From: Trichinella spiralis
Taxonomy: Eukaryota
Assembly (NCBI RefSeq): GCF_000181795.1
Contig: NW_003526945.1
Location: 6,226,394 to 6,290,393, forward strand
Direction of reading: 5' to 3'
DNA length: 64,000 bases
Shown here: positions 52,534 to 64,000 of the stretch, piece after piece
How the letters are laid out: every line of letters begins with the position of its first letter
Numbering within the stretch: the stretch's first letter is position 1
Notes under the pieces: model-generated
What the model was told of the DNA's origin: nothing
The model's input: the letters and a program-made list of their open reading frames with translations, nothing else
Databases searched by the model: none
Position numbers and translations under genes: made by a program

Positions 52534-54406
52534 TTAGCCAACGCGTATGCTGTCAGCCTAAAATAATTTAAAAAATATTCTTAAAGCAATCAGCATCTTT
52601 GAATTGAAATATGACGAACAATTTGCCAACATTGCACCATGTTGTCAGTATCAACGGAACAAATTGTCCAAGGTTCGACAGGGTTCCAACTAATATCACC
52701 AATTTCTCCCGGATGACCACCATGCACAAACTTAAAATAATTTTAAAAGTAATAAAAAACCGTCAGTGCAGTTTCAAAAATAGCTTTACAAATAACTCCG
52801 ACGGTCCAAAGAGATTATCATCTGCGGACTGTTCAACACCCAGATCACTATAAAAGAGAACAATTTTGTTGTTAGTTATTGTTTTGCGAACGCTATTGTT
52901 AGTTAAATTACGCTAAATTCCAAATATTGACTCGACTGTCTGAAGCGGATGTAGCAAGGATTGCCTCATTGAAAGGTGCCCATTGTACCTAGATAAATAT
53001 TAATACAAGAAGCAGAAAGATTATGACAAAAATTAAAAAAAAAACCTTAAGAACTTCGTCAGTATGTGCCGTAAGCACATGAAACTTGCCGGTCATGTTT
53101 CTCAAATCCCATAATGCAATGGTCTTGAAAAATGGCATAATAAATAATAATTCAGTGTAGGAAAAATGTAAAACAACTTTGTCAGCCGATCCAGTAGCCA
53201 ACATGTGCTCACGCAACGGACTGAAAGCCAGACAATTGATTTCAGCTTCATGCGCATGTATTGGAAGCATTGCTGAAATTGTGCCGCTCAAACGCGTATC
53301 CCACCTGTTGAAATAACATTAGAAAACTGATTCATTTCAGCAAAAACATGATAATTCATTAAACAAAAAATACATCATACAACATAAGCTTTTCATCGTC
53401 GCCAACAGAACCAAACACATTTTCGTTAAAAAAATGCCATTGGACATCTTGGACTCCTTTTTCGTGACCAGTGAACGTTTCTATGGGTTCTAATACGCTG
53501 TTAGGACTTACAACTGATTTCACATCCCAAAGAAATATCATTTTATCTTCTGCACTAGAAAGCAAATAGCCAGCATTTCCTGGATTCCACGACAAACCGT
53601 AACCTTCACCAGGATGACCACACAGTCGTGCCTCAGGTGGAACTTCACTGTCAGTTTCTAGAATAAATCGAAATATGAGAGCTCAGCTTCAAATCTACTT
53701 CTTACTTCTACCACTGTTACAAGCACAGCAGTGTAAAAAATTCATTACAAACACGATAAATTCTACATATGATAATAATATTTTATTTAAATATAAACAA
53801 ACGATTTCTTTATACCTGAATTTTCTGGATATTTATTGCAATCAAAAAGATAAATATCTCCATTCATCGACTTTGTGGCAACATACTGGGGAAAATGAGG
53901 CATGTGCTTAATACAGTTCACTTCACCAGGGTGAGGGATACGCTTTTGTATTTTAAATCTAGTAGGATCGTTATCAAACAAGCTTCCTACTAATTCATCA
54001 TTATCTGGGGGTAGCGATCTTAGAGCAGCAGCGCTTGGTATTTGCACATTGGCTAGCATCAAAAAATTGTCCGTTTCATTATTCGTTCCAAGTAACAGCT
54101 TGTGATTGATAAAAACGTTGGAATCTTCCCTAAAATCAGATTACATTTTAAACAATAATTCCCAACTGTTCTCTTCAAACATCACTTACACTGGCGTAGT
54201 AGCTGGTGTCCACTGCGCTGTCATGCACGGATGAGAAAGCTGACGAACTATTAACTAAAAATTATCAAGTTAAATCCGAAAACGTTAAAAAATGAAACTC
54301 AAAATAACTTCAAACCGCTTACCAAATCGTACAAGAAAGGAACATTAGCTCTCCACGCTTCATTTGGAGTATATACTTCAATATAGGAATTTCCACGGTC
54401 AGACAT
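52534..54406 (-). CDS. RBBP4: Histone-binding WD40 protein, RBBP4/RBBP7 (p55, lin-53/rba-1) family, divergent; about 10 exons
   Basis: WRANVPFLYDL, HPCMTAQW, HKLLLGT, IPHPGEVN, LCGHPGEGYGLSWNP, FGSVGDDEKLML|WDTR, AHEAEINCLAFSP, LATGSADK|TIALWDLRN, GPSELF|FVHGGH, DISWNP.EPWTICSV..DNMVQCWQ. Confidence 0.92.
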
Positions 54407-55790
54407 GTGTAGACTAAATTAAAAGTAAATCATGAAAACTAATAATAAAAAACAATTAAACAGCAGTAATCTCACAGAATGTGCACGTTATGAACTAATA
54501 GTAGTGAATATGAACGAAGCAAGCAAACTTTTAAAAAATTCGCTATCGTAGTTGGAAAATTAAAGACATTCAAGTTATTCCACACTAATTACCACAACCG
54601 TGGAATATTTCAACATGCAACTGTTCTGAAATTTAAGATAAGCTACGCAGATTAGAATTATTTTATAATTTGTTTTGTTTATTGATGATTTTGCATGCAA
54701 CTTTATATGAAAATTATACATCACAAACGCATTCACAAAATAAAGCAATAATCGCGTTTTCTTGAACATGTATTAACAGAAAAGAAATTTTCTAGAAATT
54801 TATAGCAGATTTTTATATTGAATAAAAGCAACAAACAAAAATTATACACTGTATTATGAAAAATAAATTTCACTAATACCTTAAGCTGTTACAAAATGTA
54901 AACTCATTTACAGCATGTTTTGTGATTATTAAGTTACAAGTATATCTGTAAATGTTATTATTTACAGTTTTGTTCCATATTATATGATTTGCAGCACTGT
55001 ATAATGATTAAAGTGAGTTATTTCTTTAAAAATTTAGCTTACAATCTGAATTAGCATAATTAGATTGGTAATTAAAAAATCTTAATTTTTTGCATTAATA
55101 AATTACCCGTTCAGATTGCACTTGTCAAGCATCTTTCACAACATTTTTGTTGATAATGCTATTGTTCTGATTAGTTTATAGACGATTTATAGGTTATGCG
55201 CGTTTTTATTAGAAGTTTATGCAAAATTCGTTTTTCACATTCACATATGAATAAAATTCTTTTAAGAATTCTACACCTTGCATTTGATCAGTTATTCTTA
55301 TGATCAGTTCATTTTATCATGTAGTGTTTAATGAATTTTGATCGTTGAATATACTACAAGTATTATTTTTCATTCAAACCACTTTTGTTTTGTTATTTTC
55401 TCTAGTTACTGCAGGTAAGCTGGTCGTTTCCTTGGAGCTCTGTATATTAATATCAATGCGTCGAATTTATCTCTTACGGCTATGTTTGTTATAACATAGC
55501 ACAAAGTTTGAAATTTACTTTGTCTACAGTAATTTAATCTGATAAATAGGCATTAAATAGGAGAATAACTGGCAATATTTTATTTTTAATTATGAAAAAT
55601 AAATTTTTTGATTTGCTATTTATTTTATAAGCAGTAAATGCTGTTCTTTTTTAAAATTGTTTTTGAATTAAATTTCATCAGTAATATCGTTGTATTTCTT
55701 CACAAATATTAAATGTATTATTTTTTATACATTTTATTATAACATATATTGAAAGTATTTTATTTCTATTGTATTGTTATTCTTCAGCAT

Positions 55791-57430
55791 ATGAAGCCGG
55801 ATGCACGTCATTCAGAAGAGGAAAAGCTTGTTGAATATTATGGCAAAGAATTACGCGGTTATTGCAGTATTTTTAATGGTGAAACCTTACCACTGAATTC
55901 CGCGTCATCAAGGAAGACGGAATCTGGATTGAAGTGTATCGTTGGAAAAATTTTCCTACCTCAGGGTTATCCAGACTCGTAAAAATTGACAAAATTACTA
56001 ACGTTAATAACTGTATAGTAGAGTGAAAAGTATCGTTTTGCAGTGTTACTGAAGATTACTTTGACTATCAGTGCTGGGATAGTTTGCAAGCCTTTTGCAG
56101 CAGTGTTACAAATGCATTTGCTTTGCATGCGGTTTTTAAAGCGGTCGGCGTTGGAAATGAATCTGCTTCATTGTTAGCTGCAACTGTTGTTTGGCTGCTA
56201 CGCAACGGGGTAGGTATGATGTCACAAATTATGTTTGCTTGGTTTTGTGCTGGTCATTTGGACAGCGACTGTAAATCTTGGCGTTTTGTGGCGGACGTCC
56301 TCAACGATTGCAGCATTTTTTTGGATCTCATTGCTCCATTATCAGAAGTTAGTTTACTTTTATTTAAATAAAATTTTATTTTCTTTTAAAATTATACCAA
56401 AGCTGTATCAATTTATGATGTTTTATAATGAATCAGAATAAAGTTTAGAAAGTGTGTAAATAGGCGTTTGAAAAGACCGTTTTAATTTTGTTTAAATGGA
56501 ATTTTTCTAAGTAATGATAATAAAATACAATCGCCCCTTGAATTATATAATATATGATTTGCATATTTTCAGAGTACTTTTGTTTACGTTGCTTGTTTGG
56601 CAAATGTTTGTCGGAGTATTGTCGGCATAGCTGGTGGGGCAACTCGAGCAGCCATTACTCAGCACCAATCGAGACGTCATAACATGGCCGATGTAGCGGC
56701 AAAGGATTCTAGCCAAGAGACGATGGTAAATTTGATTGCACTGGGTTTTAATTTGGCATTGCTTCCACTTGTTGCTCATCATGTTCTACTCGTGTGGACA
56801 TTGTTTTTGATGTTCACTTTTATGCACATTTATGCTAATTACAGAGCTATACGTGCTTTGAAATTTGAAACATTGAATGAGAAGCGATTTCGTATGTTAG
56901 TTCAGAGTTTTATCAAAGATAATACGAACGCCAAAATGGGCGTAGAAATAGTGAACTATGAAGAATCGCTTGTTCCATTTGCTTTGACAAATTTCATCGG
57001 CGACAGCATTTCTTTGGGAACTTCTTTGATTCACAGAAAGAATTTAAAATTGCTTTGCTTTCACAAAGCTGATCAGTATTTCATTTTTGTATATCAAAAA
57101 TTAGATGGTACTTTGAAAATTGATATAAGCCTGTCTGTTGAAAGCGAAAATGCAACCATTTTGGAAGCTTATTTCAAAGCGGAATATTTTTTGCTGAAAT
57201 TTCACGATTGGTATCACTTGTATTGAATTGACGATACAGTTAATGTATTGTATTCTTTTAGCATGGTTACATGTGAAAAAGATTCAATTTTCAATGAAGC
57301 ATTGGCCATTTTTCCAAACTTTTGCATAACAATAGAAAAATTTGGTTGGCTAACTGATACGTTGAATTTTATCATCGATGACTGGCGGTGGAAAATTTGC
57401 AGTGAAAATAGCACCGCTTCAACTGTTTAA
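55791..57430 (+). CDS. RUSF1: RUS1 family protein (DUF647, C16orf58 homologue). Exons 55791-55978, 56044-56347, 56573-57210, 57261-57430
   Basis: IFLPQGYPDS|VTEDYFDYQCWDSLQAFCSS, VGVG, LDSDCKSWRFVADVLND, GIAGGATRAAITQHQ..NMADVAAKDSSQET.VNL, HIYANYRAIRAL.FETLNEKR. Confidence 0.95.
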
Positions 57431-60118
57431 AAGTATTTATGGATATTTTGTCAATTGGTGCACATTTGTTACGCGATATATTTTATCTTATCACCGAATT
57501 AAATTTTACAATTAGCAACAGAATATCAGATAGTGTCGATTGAAAGATTTTTAGAATTGAATGAAAATGTTTGAATTTGCTATTCTCATAGTAGGTTTTG
57601 CATGAAATGCTTGTCGGTTTGCATTAATATATATTATTAATATTTACTGAAAAATTTAAATATATTTGGAAAAATTGAAAATAATAACAATTCATATGTG
57701 ATAGTTATTTATGGAAGTGAAGTAATTTCAATAAATTCATCATAATAATTCATTTAAAAAAAGCACATTTCTTTTTCTTTTGCTATCAATGACATTTGTT
57801 TGCCTGTTGATTTGTGCTTTTTTGTTGAAGCGAATTTATTTTTTTGATCTTAGCTTTTTTCTGCTTCAATGACGCGGAAATGGTGTCGCCACTGAGTAAT
57901 TGTACAAGTCTCACATCCTGCCAAGTGAAGTTTCAATTCATTGCAAAATGCTTGTTTACGCTATTTGTTTCAACTGATGATGGTTAATTTTATAGTTTTC
58001 AGCTTGAAAAAGCCCACTTCCGGCAGGATACTTATTTTCGAAGTCAGTTATCACATGTCAAAATTGTTTTCTCTGTTTATTTATGCACCGATTATCTATT
58101 TATCATGTGGGAGGAGGTGCTTGATTATATATTTTTTTTCATTGCAAGATGAAATAATCTTTCTGTTGCAGCAAGAAATATGAATAAATTTTAAAGTGAA
58201 TTTATTGATTTATTGAATTTCCAAAGTTGATAAAATAACTACATCGGGTGTTTATTCAATAATGAATAATTCTTTATTAATATTAGCATTATAGTGTGTG
58301 TAGATTTAGTAAGTTTTTGTTGTTTATATATTGTGGTATTTTTATTGTTATAATGCTTTATTTTCAGAAGTGTATAAAAGCATAGTTGGTTATTGATTTT
58401 TGATTGGCATGACGGTTCACAGCATTTTTCAAATCTGCTGCTGCTTCGTGGATAATTTGATGCCTTATCAGTACCGAGTACCTCTCATCAGTGTTGTTTG
58501 CTTTGCATGAGTAAGCAGTAGGCAGAAAATTGTAAAGCTGCGCGGCATTCTGCTAATTGTGTACACATATTATGCATCAAAAGCGGGCCAAGTGATTTTG
58601 GGGGAACATTTAACCTGAAGCAATGGAAGCTTAGCAAAAAGAATGCAAAATATATTGATTATGATAGAGAACTGTTTGTTTGTTTTTTATTTCAGTATTA
58701 GCATGTATAAGAAGCAGAACAGAAAAAAATAAACTCGAAATGTCCATTTCAACTGACTCTGAAATTGACTAATGAGCACGCATTTGAACGAATTTTTTTT
58801 CACATTAATTGAGAAAAGTCTATTTTTAGAATTACAATTTTGCGAATGTATTTTTCATTCGAAGCAAATCATTGACAATGCTCGTAACAATATTTTCCTC
58901 TTTAACATTGGAATTGGACATTAAACTCAGATTTTGTTTTTGAAACTTTAGCAAATTGGTTTTTTTAATAAGAAGAAAAAAATGGAAAAATTATTGTTGA
59001 CGAAATTAAAAGTCTTTTTGCAAAATCAGTTTCTTTGTTCAAGTTTTATTATTTCAAGAGGAAATTTATTTGTTTTTTTTCTTTTTGAATTGCGTTTGCA
59101 AATGATATTAACTGGTAAGCTGCAACACTTTGAGAAGCATTGGAAAATCCTATCAAAAAGCATTAATGTATTAGAGTGAAAATGATCACATTTTGAATGA
59201 TAAAATTTCAGTAACTTGTTGCATTAGAAATTGCTAAATTTTTGCATAATCAAAATTTTCGAAATTGTTCAAGCATTTACTCATTGTGATTTGATTTTGG
59301 TGAATTTGTGAACGCTTTTCTGTTACATCAATAATATAATAATAAAGTGTTTCGCAAAATTTTTCCCATTCAATCAGAACATTAGTAAAAGTTGATTTAG
59401 CCGAGGAATATTCGAAATTTTCTGCATTCGAAGATGTTTGTTTTTTTTTCTAAGAAAAACAAGAAAACTTTTTCAAAATGCAATAAATTTAATTTAGTAT
59501 TCGTTAAATATGTGCAAATCAATGCATTGAAGCATATTTGAGGCAGAAGAGAAAAAAATATATCAACAAAAAGCTGCTTGCGATGCTTTGCTTCTGCTTT
59601 CATGCTAATGCGAATGCATAAGAAACGTTCAAAGTGAAAAAGTCTGAAAGCACAAATGATGATTATTCTTTTATAGTTTGAGAAGTATTTTTAGAAAAAT
59701 AGAAATGCAAGTTTTGCACTTTTGCATTAAATTTCGTAATTAAATTAGTATATTGGAATATTTCAGTTACTGTTATTGCTAGTAATTGTTTTAAAATTGA
59801 AATATTCATAATATAATATTTGGTAATATTTTTTCGCATATAAAAAAAATAACTTGGCATATTTAAAGCTTTTAATGAAAATTGCTTGTAATTGGATACT
59901 TGCATCTTTGCAGATGTGAAAGAATATATTGCGCTAATCCATTTAAATTATCATCTATGGTATCCGTTAGGAAGGAAGCTGCGCACACATTAATTTGCAT
60001 ATTTCCACAGAGTAGATAAGAAATGAAAGAGCACGCTAACAAAGAAGCACTGGTAAGCGTAGTGAATAGTCGAAAGGGCAAATTAAGCGTTTGAACGGCT
60101 AAGCTAATTGTTTGTTGC

Positions 60119-63100
60119 TCAGGCAAGCAAATCTTCAATTCTTCGATACGAAACCATGTTTATAACACGATTTTGACAAGCCGATTCTTCATGCTTTGAC
60201 AAATAGCTTTTCAAAGCAAATCCACGACCACAACGACGACATGCGAATGGTTTCAAACCCGAATGGGTCTGAATATGGGCTCGCAGATTCGATTTGTCGG
60301 CAAAAGCCTTTGAACATATTGTGCACTTGAATGGCTTTTCTCCTGCAACAAAACAATAGCATAACATCTAGCATAATAGTAACCAGTAGTATATGTTTCA
60401 GTTGGCAATAATTTTGATATTTTTACAGATTTAAGTATTTGTCAGTCATACAGTTAATCACTTTAACTGAAAAGTTTTATTTTCTATCTGACCCTTTGTA
60501 GAATTATGGTCGTCGTCGGCATGTCTCGTCTGATGATGGGAACGAGGTTGTCTTTAATTGCTCATCCTACAATTCAGATACTACTATCCGACCCGACCCT
60601 GGTGAAATGGGGGCATTTATTGGAGTGACACCTCTGCTCTAGCTCTACTTCAGTAATGATGACGTATTTTCATTGTTGCACAGATTGTGGTGATAAAATG
60701 AGTCGTCCCAAGGGGACTCGACTTTGACTTGCACGTGTACGAGGTGTTTGTGTGTTGTAGAAGAACTTAATGAACAGACAGTTGTTCTGTTTGCCGAAGT
60801 TCCACTTGGCAAAATTTTCAGCTCATAAATCTAGCCTAGCTTATATCGATATATATGTATGTATATATAGATGGATAGATTGCGGTGCTAATTGCTAAAA
60901 AAGACTAAAAAGAAAGCTGTGCGCATTTTTATTTCTTTTTTTCCCTGAACATTTTGACATTTGAAATGATTTTATTCGATAGTAAAATTGAGCACTTAAA
61001 TACTTGAGCAGAGCAACAAGAAAGCGAGATGTTGTTTTTTTCATTTGTTTAAATGTTTGAAAGTATTGCATTACCAATGGATTTGTTTAGTCGTTAAAAA
61101 CAATTAAACTGTAAATTTGAAGAAGCGTAATGGAACTTTTTGAAGAATTTTTTTCAAAAGTAATTGGCAATAACTGTTATCAGAAAATGATGAATTTCTT
61201 TCCCTCTCTCTCTCTCTCGAACTTCTGCATTCGTTCTTGCTAGTGCTGCATATGCTGAAAAGCCAAAGCATATTCAATGTTTAATGTAGAAAAACAATTT
61301 TTCACTTCACAACTCAGCTAACTAGAGTGGAGACAAACAAAAAATTTCTAACATCATAGCTTGCATCTGAACAACTAATAGAAAGCTGCTTGATATGAAT
61401 GCGCTTGTGCATGCAGGTTGCTGGAAGGCGGCGACGTTTGAAATATGACTATGGCAGATGGAAAATTATCACCCGGCTACATTTCTGTTCGATACGAAAA
61501 AATGCAACCGATTCCAATGATCTTTGTTATAAATAAATAAATGCAAATATATATATATACTAAAGTGTGTTCAAAAAATGCGCCTTCGGCTCAACTTCTA
61601 AACAACAGATTTTTCATAAGCAGTGGTTTACAATTTTGCAGAAAATTTTGAAAATATTTCTTTTCCATTTCAGCTTGTAAAAGAAAAATTATACATCTCG
61701 TAATCTAGACGGCCAATTTTAATCAATCTCCATTGCTATTGTCTCATTTGAATAATTTGTCATCTGAATTTTGAAACAAAAAAAATATCATTCTTCTCTT
61801 AAGAAATAAATGAACGACAAATAGATTCAGTTTATCATTTTGCTATTTTCACAGTTACCGATTAAAGCTAGAAGATAAATTGAAGCTTGTCAGCTTCAAT
61901 GATGATCATTCTTTAATCAAATTGAACTGCTTACTTCTATAAGCCGAACTAAAAACGAGCAACAATGATAATAATAGATTTTTGCATTTTATCATCAGTG
62001 ATCACTCAATTCACCTACATCTTTTATTCACTTGATTAAACTATCAAAGAACCTTTTGATTTGACACAATTTCGAATGCCACGCATTTTATAATTTTTTG
62101 AAATTTGCATATATAAAGTGACATGTTTACTCAATGTGATTGATCGGACAAACGAAACGAACACCAAGCAGCTGGCGTTGAAGTATGTTCGTGTGAAAAA
62201 TTTAAATTTTTCAACAGAATATGTTACCATTTTTGGCAGTGAACAATATGCGCATAGAATAATATACACTAAATTGCACTTGCAACAACGCATTGTCACC
62301 GGCAATGCTTTCGAGGCGACAAATGGCCGATCAGTTTTCGTTCATCATTTCCACTCGCTTAGCGCATCATTGATCTCAGGAAGCACTTTAGACTGCCACT
62401 TTTTTTCATTGGCGTTAAGCTAATTTTGTTTGTTTTTACTTACATCCGCGGCGCCATTCAACGTTGAAGTTCAATTCCGGCGCCCGACTGGCTTCACTCC
62501 ATTTATCATGATTTGTTCGTCTTAATTTTCTACAAGTTGCTACATATATTCTGTTGGAATTATTGCATTTTATGATGCGGATACGCAGCTTTGACAAATT
62601 CCATTTGCTCATCATCACCGACTGTCAATAGTTTCATAGTATTTGCAAATTTGTTGTCACATGAAAACATATTTGTAACATTTTTTTCAAACGCATTGAT
62701 TCATGTCTTTATCAAATTTGCAATTGAGCAAAAGTGAAAATAATAAAGTCAATAATTTCAGTACAACCTGCTGCAAACTGTTTGAAAATTTGACTAGCAT
62801 AAATATCACTTTAATTAAATAGCACGAACTGCATTCGTATTATTGCTAAAGTTATTAATTATGTTTAGTTAAGAAGCAACTGTTTCAGCCAATCTTGTAA
62901 TTTATACTCTCAACCAACCCCCTAAATTCACTTTAAACAAACATATATATATATACATTTGTCTTTTTATAATTATAAGTTTCCGTTTGGAATTGAACAA
63001 AATATTTCAGATATTGTTCTCTTGAAAAAGAATCTTGTTTGATCAATTTGTTCAATTATAAGAAGGAAGTTTTCATAAATTACCAAATGGATTAATGTTA

Positions 63101-63675
63101 ATAATAAAATAAAACTGTATATTTTAAATATATGAACATTTTTTTTGGAAAGATGTTCCTTGTGATGATTGGAATTTTGATTTTATAAAAGGAAAAAAAA
63201 TTTTACCTGTATGAGTTCGCAAATGACCTTGGATGAGCCAATGTCTGGTGAATGTTTTGCCGCAAATTGGACATTTGCTTCCTTGAACGTGCAAGCGTAC
63301 ATGCAAACGCAATGTCAGCTCGGATTGGAATCGTCGTTTGCACTGTGCGCAACGGAACTCTCGATTCCCATTAACTGCTGGAACCACGCTCTGAGTGGGC
63401 GGGTCGACATTCATCAACGCCGGTGTTAGCTTGGTGTTAAGCTGGGCGTTGGTTTTACTTTGACAAAAATAAAACGCTCCGGGTGAAGGTTGGACTATTG
63501 GACCGGCAAGGCTCTCCTGGTACAGTTGAGACAAATGGACCCAAGCCGGGTCGGTAGCCATCAGAAAATGTCTCATGTGACCAGGCGGGGGTCGGATCGG
63601 GATTGGAGCCGCAATTGGAGTGCCGCTCATCATTATTGACGACCGAAACGCTTGCAAACTGTCGCACATGTACAT
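60119..63675 (-). CDS. Snail-superfamily C2H2 zinc-finger transcription factor, scratch/Kahuli-type. Coding exons 63675-63207 and 60342-60119
   Basis: Four fingers: CAQCKRRF..LRLHVRLH, CPICGKTFTRHWLIQGHLRTHT|GEKPF, CTICSKAFADKSNLRAHIQTHS and CRRCGRGFALKSYLSKHEESAC. FALKSYL is the scratch-type last finger. The intron is phase 1 and about 2.9 kb. The start codon is tentative because an acceptor at 63687 could take an upstream exon. Confidence 0.92.
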
Positions 63676-64000
63676 TTTGTCCCAAGCTGAAAATAGTGAA
63701 AATAATTTTTCAATGCTTAAACTCCTTCTCTCGGTTGACAACTTTCGTCCAAGAGTAATCCGTTTGAAGCGCGATTCAAGCAAGAAATTGAAAAAAAACA
63801 CAGGATAGCTGGCGACACGCTGCTGACTCACTGCCGCAATTCAACCGAAAGATCACACTTGCTTAAGCTGTAAGAAAACTGCCGTTGTATAAGTATATAG
63901 CATACTACTTCCTATGAGCTTGTTTTCGTCCAATCAGCTTCGAGCAGATGCTCAACGCTCGCGTGCATAAGTTTTTTTTTATGTTTTTGGGATTCTAAAC

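Noticed and set aside
60119..60150. C-terminal YRRIEDLL as an eh1/Groucho motif
   Set aside because: The spacing does not match FxIxxIL.
60261..60587. RNase P RNA-like P4 pairing (GGTCTGAAT ... AATTCAGATAC)
   Set aside because: The 5' half is simply the antisense of the IQTH codons of the zinc-finger exon and lacks the GGAA of conserved region I; likely coincidence.

Overview
Eukaryotic, AT-rich, intron-dense genomic DNA with short GT-AG introns, TTTTCAG-type acceptors and many microsatellites. Gene content and style suggest a clade I nematode, most likely Trichinella (inference only). By hand-splicing I can support 11 recognisable protein-coding genes: a CTD small phosphatase (SCP/CTDSP, -) with alternative 5' exons, an intronless RPB5 (+), a Caspr/neurexin-IV/axotactin-like adhesion protein (-), a Ski/Sno co-repressor (+), a probably inactive secreted trypsin-like protein (-), proteasome alpha-4 (+), MTHFS (+), proteasome beta-2 (-), a divergent RBBP4/7-like WD40 protein (-), RUS1/DUF647 (+) and a scratch-type Snail-family zinc finger (-). 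There is also an orphan acidic ORF, a decayed multi-exon pseudogene and a possible retroelement relic. The most interesting unexplained signal is cis-regulatory. A GGCGCC-N5-GTCT BMP/Smad element lies in the 5' exon of the Smad phosphatase gene, and four GGCGC[C/G] sites at exact 11-bp spacing lie upstream of the Ski gene. Together they suggest a linked BMP/TGF-beta negative-feedback module. Several housekeeping genes (alpha-4, beta-2, RBBP4, RPB5) look like divergent duplicates. I recognised no rRNA, tRNA or CRISPR features. All family assignments come from remembered motifs, not from database searches.
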